Assembly (NCBI RefSeq): GCF_009914755.1
Contig: NC_060942.1
Reading direction: 5' to 3' (one strand)
DNA: 64,000 nucleotides
From: the human T2T-CHM13v2.0 reference genome, Homo sapiens
Below are positions 43,014 through 58,583 of the stretch, piece by piece; positions within the stretch are counted from its first letter, which is position 1, and each line of letters begins with the position of its first letter. The position numbers and the translations under genes are program-made. A model generated the notes under the pieces. It was not told the DNA's origin and did not search any database. It worked only from the letters and a program-made list of their open reading frames with translations.

Positions 43014-43180
43014 GACTGGTCATGGTGGGTCACACCTATAATTCGAGCACTTTGGGAGGCCAAGGCAGGTGGATCACTTGAGCTCAGGAGGTGGAGGCTG
43101 CAGTAAGCTAAGATCACGCCACGGCACTCCAGCCTGGGCAACAGAGTGAGACCCTCTTTCAAAAAAAATAAGATAAAATA
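43014..43180 (+). mobile_element. Alu monomer (left/right chimera)
   Basis: gcactttgggaggccaaggcaggtggatcacttgagc fused to aggaggtggaggctgcagt. Confidence 0.85.
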
Positions 43181-43219
43181 AAATTATATATATTTTTTTA
43201 TATAGTGCACACAAACACA

Positions 43220-44930
43220 TATAAGACAGTTGAAGTACCTTATGTACCTTTCTGTAATATCATATTCCCCCAGAAGTATTTGAATTTGAGGTTTATTATC
43301 CCATTTTTGTCTTTATAATTTTACCTTATGTATAAATATCTGTAAAGAATTAACTGTATATATAGTTTTGCATATTGTTAACTTTGTTTCAATGGTACAC
43401 TGTGTGTATTCCTCTAAAACTCACTTTTATTGTTCAGAATTTGAAATGTATTCATGTTGATTTATTCATTTATCTTTAACAGTGATACAGCAAACAGTGA
43501 TACAGTACTTCAGCTTATTTATCCACTTACCTATTGAGAGAAATCTAGCTTGTTTCTAGCTTTTGTGCTATCGCCAACCATGCTGCAAAGAACAATGTTG
43601 TACATTTCTGCTTATGCTCTTAGGTGCTAGCTTCTCTGACATAGACTCTTAGGAGTGGAAATGCTGGGTTGTAGAAAATGCACATCTTCATCATTAAAGA
43701 TGTGACCAAATTCCTTTCCAAAGTGATTGTACCAATTTACAGTCCCACTACCAGTACATGATAATCACCATTGCTCCACCAATTCACCAGCACTTGCTGT
43801 TGGCACTCATTTTAATATTTACCAATCTGTTCAAAATAGAATGGCAGTTGGTTTTAACAACCATTACATTGGGTATTAGTGAGAGTGAGCATCATTGCAT
43901 GTATGCATTGGTCATTCATGTTTCTTCTGTAAATTTCCTGTTCTTGTCCTTTGACCATTTTTCCCCATTGGGTTGTTTTCCTTTTTCTCATTGATTTGTG
44001 AGAGTTCTTTATATAATTTGGACATTAATCCTGTATTAATTACATTCATTTTAAATATTGGATTCTATTTTAAGGCTTGTCTCTTAATTTTATTGGTCCT
44101 TTGTTGCACAGAAGCTTTATCTTTTTATGCATTGAATTTTATCAGCATTTTAAATGTTTATTTATTTATTTATTTTTAATAATAGAGGTGGGGGTCTTAC
44201 TCTATTGCCCAGGCTGATCTTGAACGTCTGGCCTCAAGTGATCATCTTGCCTCAACCTCCCAAAGGGCTGGGATTACAAGCATGAGCCACCTTGCCCAGC
44301 CATGTTTATATTTTTTAAGGATTATTTAAGAAAGCCCTCTTGGCTAGCATATCTCAATGATGTCCTTTTAATTTTGAAATGATTTTTACTTTTTTCATTT
44401 AGATGTTAATCTCCTTGGATTGATTTTAGTGTAGGGTTAGGGACCTAATTGTGTTATTTTCCTTAAGGAAAACCAACTGTCTCAGCATCATTTATTAATT
44501 TAAAAAAAATATTTCTCCAGTACTCTTTATTAATTTTTTGAAATCTCCCAATTACTTTAATGCACTGTCTCTGCCATTTGTCAAGTGGTCAGAGGGAGCC
44601 TATTTCCATGCTGATTCTGTTCCATTGGTCTATTTGCCTGTCCCTGCCATCACGTCTTCTATTTATTACTGTGGCTTTTTAATGTCTTAGCTGATAGAGC
44701 AAATCTCTCTACCTTGTTCTTCTACATTTGTCTTTCTTTTTTTGACCCTTGCTTTTCCAAATAAATTTTGGAGTTGGTTTGTTAAGTTCCAGAGACAGAA
44801 AGATTCTCTGCTCGGATTTTAAAATTAATTTGGGGAAATTTATCAATAAATTAGGGGAAATGTGATACCTGTACAATACTGAGTCTTTGCCATACTATCT
44901 TACTCTTTAATTTTAAATTTTCTTTTTATT
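43220..44930 (-). mobile_element. L1ME ORF2/3' fragment
   Basis: aggagtggaaatgctgggt; ccaaagtgattgtaccaatttac..tcccac; tgtctcagcatcatttattaa; ataaattttggagttgg. Confidence 0.8.
44157..44301 (-). mobile_element. FLAM
   Basis: Left-arm monomer, reverse complement. Confidence 0.85.
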
Positions 44931-44933
44931 AAC

Positions 44934-45110
44934 ATGAGTCCATAATCCTTATCTGAAACTCTTAGGGTAAGCATGTTTCAGAATTCAGAAATTTTCAGAT
45001 TTAAAAAAGGCAAAAGGCAATATTATCTCTGTATAATATGTTACATATTATCTCCCAGTGTCAATGCTATTTACGATTTTCCTCTTATTTTGGTTGAGCA
45101 CATTCTCAGG
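44934..45110. mobile_element. TcMar-Tigger MITE (MER46C-like)
   Basis: ccttatctgaaactctt...tgtttcagaattcagaaattttcagattt. Confidence 0.55.
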
Positions 45111-45111
45111 T

Positions 45112-45640
<529 letters not shown>

Positions 45641-45833
45641 CTAGTAGTTTCCAGAGAAAGGGTTCATGGGAGGGAATGTTTTGAGTCCTTACACTCCAAA
45701 AATACATTTATTCTACCCTCACACTTAATTGATGGTTTGGCTGAGAATAAAATTCTAGGTTAAAAAATAATTTTACCTTAAAATTGTGAAGGTATTGCTT
45801 CATATCTCCCTAGCTTCCAGTATTGCTTTTTGC

Positions 45834-46137
45834 TTTTTTTTTTTTTTTTTTGACAGGGTCTCTATCACTCCCAGGCTGGAGTACAATGGTGTGATCATAG
45901 CTGGCTGCAGCCAGGAACTCCTGGGCTCAAGTGATCCTCCTGCCTCAGCCACTGGAGTACCTAGGACCACACCACAGGTGCATGCCACCACACTCAGCTA
46001 ATTTTTCTAATTTTTCTGTAGAGATGGGGATCTTGCTATGTTGCCCAGGCTGGTCTCAAACTCCTGGGCTCAAATATATCTCTCACCTTGGCCTCCTAGA
46101 GTGCTGGGATTACAAGCATGAGCCACTGTGCCCCACC
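45834..46137 (-). mobile_element. AluJ
   Basis: Dimer; TSD agtatt(g/a)ctttt. Confidence 0.9.
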
Positions 46138-47204
46138 TAGTATTACTTTTGAGAAGTCAAAAGAACATCTTAATTCCCTGTTTGAGGATTGTGATCTGCT
46201 TTTGCCCTCTGAAAGTTTTAAGGTTTTATCTTTGTCCCAAGCATTTTTGGGCTTCCTGATGCCATGCTTTGTTGTGGGTTTATTCTCATTCAGTGTCCAG
46301 GGCATTTGGTGGGCCTTTTCAATCTGGAAATTCATATCCTTCAGTTCTGAGAAATTTCCTTGAATTATCTCATTGATTATTTCTTTCCTTTGTTATTTTC
46401 TGTTCTCTTTCTCTAGAACTTCTGTTATTCAAATGGTGGACATTCTGTACCAGTCTTCTAATTTTCTTATATTTTTCTCCTCTTTCCATCTATTTGTTTT
46501 TACTGTGCTTCCTGGGAAATTTTTCAGGTATATTTTCCCAGACTTTCTATTGAGTCTTAAATTTGTGTCTTCATATTTTTAATTTCTAACTGGTATTATT
46601 TTTGTTCCCCAAGAGCTCTCTTTTTATAACATTTTTTCTTGTTTCATGGTTGCAATATTTTCTTACCTCTCTAAGAATATTGGTAGATTTTTAAATGTTT
46701 TCTTCTACCTGTTTCCTCTTTTTCTGTTCATCTGCATTGGTTTCTACACAACTAGCTTGAGGCTTTCCTTGACAGCTGGTAATCCTTGGTTGTCAACTCA
46801 TATACATAAGAGTTGGGGAAGGAAATGTTCTTAGAAAGCTCTGAGTATATGTCTGGGGTTTGGCACCCATTAACCTCACTGTGGAATGATCTGGCTAAAC
46901 CATTTAGTTGGGAAACCTGATGTCATCTGTATCTTTAGGTGTTTCCTCCTTGCCTGTTGAGATTCTTCACAGCCGATGGTTCCAATCTCCTGCCAGGGAG
47001 GCATTGGCCTGGCTGCTATTTTTCTGTTATTCCAGAGAAGAACGTGGACAGAAGGCTTCAGCATCCAGTGTATATGGCTTACTAAGTCCTCCCTCCCCTT
47101 TCCAGTTCGATACTTCTGTACTTACTCCAGAAACTATCTTCAGTGGAAAAACCTTGAATCTTCTGCCAGTGTGAGGGGATTGTAGGGGAAGATCTATGGA
47201 TCTG

Positions 47205-47534
<330 letters not shown>

Positions 47535-47680
47535 TAAACCTCCTTACTTTAGCAATCTTTTTTTATTCCATATTCTCAAAGGTGCCTGATGCCACCAATT
47601 TTGGGGTTATTGGGTCATTTCTTCTGTGTTACAGATCAGGTCTCAATTTTCTCCACTGCCAGCTTTGAATTCAGTTTTTT

Positions 47681-47784
47681 GTTTTGTTTTGTTTTGTTTT
47701 GAGACAGTCTTTCTCTGTTGCCCAGGCTGGAGGGCAGTGGCACGATCTTGGCTCACTGCAACCTCCACCTCCCAGGTTCAAGAG
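47681..47784 (-). mobile_element. Severely 5'-truncated Alu
   Basis: About 80 bp of right arm plus (CAAAA)n tail; perfect 15-bp TSD tgaattcagtttttt. Confidence 0.92.
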
Positions 47785-48749
47785 TGAATTCAGTTTTTTT
47801 GGCTCTGCTAAGCCGCTTTATAAGCATTTCTCCAATTTTCAAAATTTGGAAATTTTTATCTTCTATTGTTATCTGTTATCTTCTCTTCAATGCTCTTCAT
47901 CCTTATGGGTTTATGTCTTCAGAAAACAGTCTCTTTATTGCCATTTTTGTGAAGTTTTGAGAGGAAGAAAAAGTCAATGCATTTGTTTCCCATTTTGTAA
48001 ATGCCAGATGGCAAACCAGTTTCCTTTCTTCCTCCGCCCTGCAAAATTGGCTGATTCCAAAGCACAGCGTCTTTAAATGCACAAACATTATTATTAAACA
48101 GCTACAATGGGTCAGTCCTGTGCTTGTCACTAATCAGGGACAAATGAATAGACATTGAATAAAAGGTTGCTGCCACATGAAAGTTCTAAAGCAAGACATT
48201 TAAGCTGACTGTCTGGAGTCTCCTGGCTCCTGAGGTCCCCCTGACTCTTGTCCACTATCCTATGTGGCCATGATTAGCTCTTCTGGGATAGTAGCCTGTT
48301 CCAGGTTCTGGGCTGGTAGGGATCAAACACATTTGATCTAAATCTTATGAGCACTCTGCTCTGACCAAGTGCTCCAATGAAAAAGTATAGACTTTTAATT
48401 CTAGCTCACCACAAATATTTCCCACAAACATCAAATGAAAGAAAAGGGCAGAAGCAAAGTATGTTAAATATAAGTCTATTGAGTCACTCTCATTAGTCAC
48501 CCTGTTTTGTTTGTTTTTTTCATTTCAAACCCTATCGAAGTGAATGGAGTCGTTCTTAACCAAGGTAAGCCATAGGGTCCTAAGGACCCATCGTGTGTAA
48601 TTAATATGAAATGTTGACGATTCACTTGTTGAAATGGCATATTCAATGTGACATAAAATATAAATGAACCTGAAACTACATGGATTGCTGCAGACTGTAG
48701 GCCACTCTGAATGGGTGCTTTTTGTCTGAAGTCTATTTTTAATATATTT

Positions 48750-49320
48750 TACTATATATCAAGCAATATTTAAGCACTTTACAAGTATTGTACTACCTGA
48801 TTCAATCTCTGTAACATTATGAGAGAAGTACAACCAGTATCCTCATTTTACATATTTAAAAAACCAGGCCCAGAAAGGTTAAGTAACTGCTCAAGGTCAC
48901 ACAATTAGTAAAAGAAAGAGCTGGCTGGGTGCAGTGGCTCATGCCTGTAATCCCAGCACTTTAGGAGGCTGTGAGGTGTGAGGCTTACTTGAAGCCAGGA
49001 GCTTGAGACCAGGCTGGGCAACGTAGAGAGACCCTGTCTCTACAAAATAATTTAAAAATCAGCTGGGTGTGGTCGCACATGTGTGTAGTCTCAGCTCCTC
49101 AGGAGTCTGAGGTGGGAGGATCACTTGAGCCCAGGAATTGGAAGCTGCAGTGAGTCATGATCATGCCACCACACTCCAGCCAGATGATAGAGACCCTGTG
49201 TCTAAAAAATAAAATAAAATAAAATAAAATAAAATAAAATAAAATAAAATAAAATAAAATAAAATAAAATAAAATAAAAAAGCTGAGATTCAAACCTTAG
49301 CAGTCTAACTCCAAAGCCTA
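48750..49320 (-). mobile_element. MIR split by AluJ
   Basis: atcctcattttaca...aggcccagaaaggttaagtaactgctcaaggtcacaca; resumes gctgagattcaaacc..gcagtctaactccaaagcc. Confidence 0.8.
48923..49280 (+). mobile_element. AluJ with (AAAAT)14 tail
   Basis: Dimer; pure aaaat units at 49206-49275. Confidence 0.92.
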
Positions 49321-49355
49321 GAAATGTATGGACTCTTATGTGCATTACTCTAAGC

Positions 49356-49573
49356 TAATAGTTCTCAACTGGGGACAATTTTGTCACCCAGGGAACCTTT
49401 GGCAATGTCTGGAGAAATTTTCGGTTGTCACAACTTGGGGGAGGGGATTCTACTTGCGTCTAGTGGGTAGATACCAGAAATGCTGCTAAACATCCTATAA
49501 TGCCCAGGATAGTTCCCCACAACAAAGTGTCTGGCCCAAATGTCAGTAGTGCCAAGGATGGGAGAGCATGCTG
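49356..49573. mobile_element. MER20
   Basis: gttctcaactggggacaattttg...ttggcaatgtctggaga; gctgctaaacatccta; ggcccaaatgtcagtagtgccaagg. Confidence 0.88.
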
Positions 49574-49575
49574 GT

Positions 49576-49960
49576 GTGCTAGTCACTGATGCTCTTCTCC
49601 CAGTTTTACAAGTTCTTCCTCCAGGCATATGGTATAATTTGCATTTCTTAAAGTTGGTGTAGGCATATATCTTGCTTGGGCCAATGTAAAGTTGCTGCAC
49701 TTCTAGACAAAAATTTTAAAAGCCAGGGCATAACACCATGTATCCTTTTTTATACTTTGGTCACCTTGGAAGTCTTAGAAACACAGAGATGGGACTTCCC
49801 TCTGCCTTCGTCCTTATGTGAGGATAAAGCAGAAGAGAACCTTAAGAATGACCCATGACAGAAGCTTCCTGAACTATAAATACTGTTTGTACTAATAGTT
49901 TTAAGCCGTTGAGATTTGGAATTGTTTCTGCAGCATAACTCAGGCTACCCCAACTGATGA
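49576..49960 (+). mobile_element. MLT1 (H/I-like) LTR
   Basis: cttgcttgggccaatg; ttttaagccgttgagatttgg..ttgtt.ctgcagcataac...ccaactgat. Confidence 0.6.
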
Positions 49961-50383
49961 GGACTCCATCCTCACATAAGTACATATGTCCCTGTCTCAT
50001 GTAACCTGACTCAGGTCTTTCTACTCATTTCCCAGGTTCCTCACAAAGGTGAATGATTTCCTGCTGCAAAGACTGTGAGGCATCATTTTTCCAATTAGAA
50101 GTGTTGCTTTGTCATTGGACTACATATATCTGGATACCATAATGATAATGGACTTGCTTCCCTTTTAATTTCATGGTAAGCCTCTGACAGAAGTTGCATA
50201 GTAGTTGTTGTCATAACAACCATGCAACTCAGATTTTCCAAATTAAAGCACACACTTGCTAGTCTCACTATACCTCAACTAGCTCTAGTGAGGTCAGAAT
50301 GACTAACATCATCAAACCTAGGATTACACGAACCTTAAATCCCAGGAGGTGTGGGCAGCCATTAGTCAGAGTATTCAACTTTA

Positions 50384-50805
<422 letters not shown>

Positions 50806-51099
50806 CTACCTAGTGATGAATTGGAATTTCACTGGAGTTTCACCCAGTATGATTGATGAGATATGAATTTATGGCAAGCTGACAACATAAATTAATAAAT
50901 AATCCACATAACAGTTTATTGTTTCAACTAATGAAAAATCTGGATACTCAATGTAAAACATATCTAGATTATAAAATTGATATCAAATGGATATACAAGA
51001 TTTGTGGAATCCAGTAGCCATGGAGAGATGGTAGAAGAAAAAGACCATTGCTACTACTTCTCCGTGGAAAAAAAAGCTTCTGCCAGGAGTATCTCATTA

Positions 51100-51540
51100 A
51101 GGTCCTTAAAATGCCAGTCTTCTCCTCCCTCCAACCTCTACATAATTTTGTCATACTGTTCTTCTAGTTTGAAATGCCATCTTATCTCCTCTCCTCTCAC
51201 CCAAATCCAGCAAATCCCTCCTTAATATCAAGTTCACGTTTCTCCTCTTCTGTGAAGCCTTCTAAGCCAATACTACAACCTTTCCTTTCTTAGCATTTAT
51301 AATATGGACCATGTATTTTAGTACTGGACTGTAAGTTCTTTAAGGGAAGAGGTCTTTGCATATAAATCTTTAATTTCTACACAGCAAGATAACTTATATT
51401 CATTCATTCAACAGATTGAGCATTTATATCCTGAGTTAGACCCAGTCTGACAAAGGCACTGACATGGAGGAGCTCATGGTCTGATGGGGATAACAGGTAT
51501 GGAGATGCATAAATACATTATGGCAAGTATATAAAAGAGC
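51100..51540. mobile_element. L2 fragments
   Basis: tctcctcttctgtgaagccttct; ggactgtaagttctttaaggg; cattcattcaacagattgagcatt. Confidence 0.55.
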
Positions 51541-51795
51541 TAAGGCTGTCCTGTGGCTGCCTGAATTTTACTTGTGTTCCATGCATGGTTCTGTTGGATC
51601 AAGGTGGGAACAGCATACAAAGTATGGGACACACAGGGAAGCCTGACACACATAACCAAGGGGTCCTGAAGCCAAAAAGCGAGAGCTGATCAGTGTCAAG
51701 AGGATAAAAGCCATCATCAAAAGTTACAGAAAGTCAAGGAAATACACCAAGAAAGGCAGGTCAAGGTGGAAGCAGGTCTGGGAGCTTACCTATAC

Positions 51796-52895
<1,100 letters not shown>

Positions 52896-53778
52896 TGCAA
52901 AATACATTTATTTCCTCTCCCTCCATCTTTGATTTGTCTACCAAGATATGGTTCAAGGGAGTGCTGCTATAAGTTAAGAGTCAAGTGGAAAACTTTTACT
53001 ACTACAATCTGGGAAAAAATATTTCAAAAAGAGGATTTTTCACCTGAGTTGAATTCAGTTAGTGCTATATAGGAAGGAGTTTGTTAAATGAGTGATATTC
53101 ACTTTAATACCATTGTTTGTAAGGTCTGGTATTGCTCTCTGCTTTATTTGTGTCTGTTTTATCTCCCTGACAAGACTATACACTTTTTGAAAATAGAGAC
53201 ACAGTATTTTGTGTCTTCTGTACTCCTTGAGTAGTGCTAGTCCCAAGGGAGAGACTCAGCTCATTCCTACAAAATACATGAATTCCTCAATTCCCTGAGG
53301 CCCCAGTGTATAAATTACTGCCAATCCTTGGAAAAGTCTAACTTGAAAAGGCCTCTATTTACCAAGTCCATGAATCACAACAGCCCTGTACATCAAGAAA
53401 TGCAGTGTGATTTTTGAGGTGTCTGTATGTCCAGTGAAATTTCTTCCTTTTGGAATGTCTCCACAAGGAGTAGAAGGAAAAAAGACAAACATAACAAGGA
53501 ATTTGACTGTGCTCACACAACATTTGGATAGCTGAGGGGAAGGTTTAGTCTTGCAAAATGTCTTCAAGGGCCTCCTTCCTCCCATCCCACCCCATCCCCA
53601 GTGGAGATAATTTGTAGTTTGAGGCGTTGAGCTGGTGAGGTGACTTAAAGAACAATTCCATTTCTTCATTGTATAGAAACATCTTAAAAGAGATGTTCAG
53701 AGTCTTAGATATTGTTAAAGAAGATTTCAAATAAAAGCTAACCAACCCTGAGCAGAGCTTTGATGAAAAAATTTTCCC

Positions 53779-54073
53779 AGCTGCCTTAGTGGCTTATGCC
53801 TGTAATCCCAGCACCTTAGGAGGCTGAGACAGGAGGATTGCTTGAACCCAGGAGTTTGATATAAGCCTGGGAAACATGGCAAAATCCCATTTTTGTACCA
53901 AAAATACAAAAATTAACAAGGTGTGGTAGTGTGCATCTATAGTCCCAGCTACTCAGGAGGCTGAGGTGGGAGGATCACTTGAGCCCGGGAGGTCAAGGCT
54001 GCAGTGAGCCAAGGTGGCACCGCTGCACTCCATCCAGCCTGGGTGACGGAGCAAGATCTTGTCTCAAAAAAAA
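53779..54073 (+). mobile_element. AluJ
   Basis: Dimer. Confidence 0.9.
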
Positions 54074-54176
54074 GTGTTTTTCCTCAATGCATCCTACCTT
54101 CTCACTTGTGTTATTTTTTTAAAACTCACCTCTCCCCAGAGTCACCTCTTCCCAGACTATTACAAAATACCCTTCT

Positions 54177-55050
<874 letters not shown>

Positions 55051-55939
55051 GGTGGTCTTGTTCTCTGTGTTTTCTCAGGGTCACCACTAAGTCTGAGGGG
55101 AGCAGCTTCCAATGCTCGCATAGCTAATTTTCTTTTCCCTCCTCCACACCCCAAGTTTGCCTATGAGAAGAACAGAAAACAAAGGGTAGAACTAATTGAC
55201 AAAGATCCTTCCTGCTCTAACATCTATGATTCTTTTAATTATATCCGCCCACAATTCCCAGATGTTCATAGTCTCCCCAAAAGAAGGGATTTTTCTCTTG
55301 AAACCAAGCTAGACAGCTACAAATATGTTCTAAATTTCACAGGCCCTGTTCCCTATGGAAACACTTATGATTAAACCCAATTCCCAATTCAAATTAAAAT
55401 TTAGCATTAGAGATTGAAATGAAAACTAAAGAGGATGATCTCAAAGTTGCTAATTTTTCTTCCCTCCCAGGGTCCTTAACACCATTGCAGTTTTGCTAAT
55501 AACATAAGGATGTAGTAGCATCCTTTGCTAATAACATCATCTTGCATCCTGGATAATCTTGGCCCTATAAGCATCCGGGGGATAAAAACACTTTTCACTG
55601 CCCCTGTGGTCAATAGCTTCTGTGCTGTCCACTATAGACCCATGATTATAGCTCCTGGACAATCTCATTGACAGCACTGACCTCAATGGATCTGACTGTT
55701 TCCTATTAGTCCTGTGGTACAACAGCTCATTCATTCATTCATTGTGCCAACTATTCAAAGGATGATGAGGGAAGGCTGGAATAGCAGATATGTCTCTGTT
55801 CTTCAGGAGTTCATGAGTTCTCTATCCATAAGGATAGGGGGCATGGTTGGGGACCCACTCCTTTCATCATGGGTAAAGATTGGGGACAAACGAGAAAAGA
55901 AAACCAGGTTCAAGAAATTCATTAACTGTTTCCATTTAT

Positions 55940-56090
55940 TATATGGATCATTACTACTAAAATAGACTTAGAGCATCAATCCTATCATTTTGCAGATGAT
56001 GAAACTGAGACTCAGAGAGATGGAGTAATTTGCCCAATATTACACAGCACGTATCTGCAGCCTCCTAATTCAGGACTCCTTCTGCTATAG
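55940..56090 (-). mobile_element. MIR
   Basis: cattttgcagatgatgaaactgagactcagagag...aatttgcccaa. Confidence 0.8.
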
Positions 56091-56804
56091 CAACAGGCTA
56101 AGAGAAGCCAATAATTGGCTTATATTTGCCAGCTGTTTTCATCAAAATCTTCCTGGTTACCCAAAGGGAAAAATGGCTTTCTACATTTTGTGGTAGGTCA
56201 TTCTAGAAAAGAAAGATGCTAATCATCACCAACCATAAAACAAGAAAGTAATAAGCCTTCCAGATTATCTCTTCCAACCATTCTCCTATAGATCTGGACC
56301 ATGAGGCCTAGAGGGCTGGAGCTTCAGCTCTCAAGGCTATGTGGGAGAGGCAGAGAGATTGGAATCCAGAATCCCAATCCCTGGCAAATGACCACTACCA
56401 CACTGCTGCATCTCTGAAAAATATATCTTGGTGTTGACCCAAAATATATTTAAAAGCTTTGTCACATTTTTTTAAATGTCTATATGTGTACGCCAATGAT
56501 TGCACAATCAATGCTGTGCTTTGATCTGTCACACTTTGGTCCTTAGTGCTGGTACATATCTCAATGGTGACAGGAGTGACATTCAAGGAAAAATGACTCA
56601 AAGATGCTTTAAAGTTTCCTAAGAAGATGCTCTATATATGAATCCCTTTAGCATTATTTCAGAACTCAAGAACCTTTAGCAGATTTCATATTTAATATAA
56701 TGTCACCACTAGTTCAAAATCTATATATAATAAGATAGAAAAGGGCACCACTGGTGCTGAAAATGTCACGTTGAAGAGAACAACGAAGAACACACAATCA
56801 TCTA

Positions 56805-56968
56805 CAGCCTTCTCACTCAGCGCTGTCAGGAACCAACAGCACTGGCACCACCAGGAGCTTGTTGGAAATGCAAAATCTTGGGTTCACCCCAGACCTGCTG
56901 AATCAAATCTTTATTTTCACAAGATCCCTGGGGACTTGCATGCAGGTAAGATTTGAGAAGCACAGGTC
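56805..56968. mobile_element. MER5A
   Basis: ggagcttgttggaaatgcaaaatcttgggttcaccccagacctgctgaatcaaa...tttgagaagcac. Confidence 0.85.
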
Positions 56969-57004
56969 TAAGGTATTTCTCTATCAATGAACAGAGCAAT
57001 GGGT

Positions 57005-57250
57005 AGAGCAGAGGAGAGGCCCAGAAACTCAGAGTTCTGGTGTTCCTTGCATGGCCGTTGAAAACTGTCCCTAACCTCTCTGGGTAGCAGCTTCCTCAAG
57101 TATAAACTGAGGCTCTGGTTGAAAAGGCTGTTGTCATAAGCTGCTGACACAGAGCTTTTTTCAGTCCCAATTGTGTAGGACAGCTTGTGTGATGAGAATT
57201 GAATGACATGCATATCACACATTTGGTATGCTCAATGAATGCTATTAATA
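57005..57250 (+). mobile_element. MIR fragment
   Basis: ccctaacctctctggg..cagcttcctcaagtataaa; gtgatgagaattgaatga. Confidence 0.55.
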
Positions 57251-58416
57251 AAATTGTGAATCACAAATGTTACTCCCATTTCCTTCCCAGCTCAGGGAAG
57301 AAACGGTATGCATGACATGATGCATTGAATGGGGCAGCCTACATCTACTTTGCCTCCTGAGAATATCCTGAGCATCAGGCCAGTGTTGGCTTCGCCAGGA
57401 ATCCTAACTCAGGTCTTGAAAGCAAGATTGTTGCTGTTAAAAAGGTGACATGGGATTTTTCTGTTTCCTCATTACATTGCTTTAGTTTCTCCCTGCCTGA
57501 AGCTTCTTTAATCTGTAGGCTTTGGGCACCACCTTTAAAGTTTTGACTCACATTATCTATCCCAAAGTAAATAATGACTAAAGTGGTGGCAAAGTCAACA
57601 CATTCTTTGAAAGACAATGAATCTGGGTGTTGAATGAAATCAGATGCCAGGAATATATACATTGTTGTTACAACGCTATTACACAACAGGCCTTAGAAGA
57701 ATTCCTTTTCTCCAGGTAAAAACTACCCCCATACCAGTTACTCTGGGTGAAGAAAGGCGTCTATGTTTGGCAAGGACTAAGGAATATTTGACTTCATGAA
57801 TCAATAACTATTCTCAAAGCTGCTATTGACCTCTGATCTGCAAATCTGTCAGCAAAGAGAGATTATGGTAACTATACTGCTAGTAAAATGCAAACCTGTT
57901 GGTTAAACATTTGCTGAAAGCCCTGCTAGTGACCCCTGTTAAAGTGAACCAAATTTGGCCACGTGTTCTTGCAATGTTCTGGAACATCAGAGAAAAATAA
58001 CTGCCTGACCCAACACAGCTTAGCTCCTAGAGAGCTAAGAGATTTCTCTGGGCCAGAAGCGTTGGCAGGGATCATTCCTTTCTCAGTCTCTCTCTTCTAC
58101 CACTGGGCCCGAGTTAGTGGGATCTGTTAGGAGGTTTTTGAATAATAATGACTGTTCTCAATCCTTCTGAAGATTCTCAAAATTAATTTCTTCTCAAGAG
58201 TGCTTCTACCCCACACAAAGAAAAGGTGCAAGAATGTTTTTTCTTATTCCTTCATCTCCCTCAATGCCTATCATAGTGTTTGGCACACAATAGGTCTTAA
58301 ATACTTTAAAAATGAACAAAGTGTTCTTTCCACTGTGCTCCACCTATACATTGTACAACCATCTACTTGAACACTTACCATGCTGAATTTCGTGGTTTAT
58401 TTATATGGCTATTTCA

Positions 58417-58583
58417 CTTTTTTATTTTTATTTTTTGAAATAGATTCTTGCTCTGTCACCCACACTGGAGTGCAGTGGCACGATTATAGATCACTGTAAT
58501 TGCAAACTCCTGGGCTTAAGTGATCCTCCCACCTCAGCCTCCCAAAGTGTTGGGATTACAGGTATGAGCCACCATGTCCAGCC
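58417..58583 (-). mobile_element. Alu monomer (left/right chimera)
   Basis: Right-arm 3' end joined to left-arm 5' end. Confidence 0.82.

Noticed and set aside
49445-49470. CTCF site in the MER20 copy
   Set aside because: The core is degraded (cttgcgtctagtgg versus the intact ctggcatctagtgg); the other MER20 copy is also degenerate there
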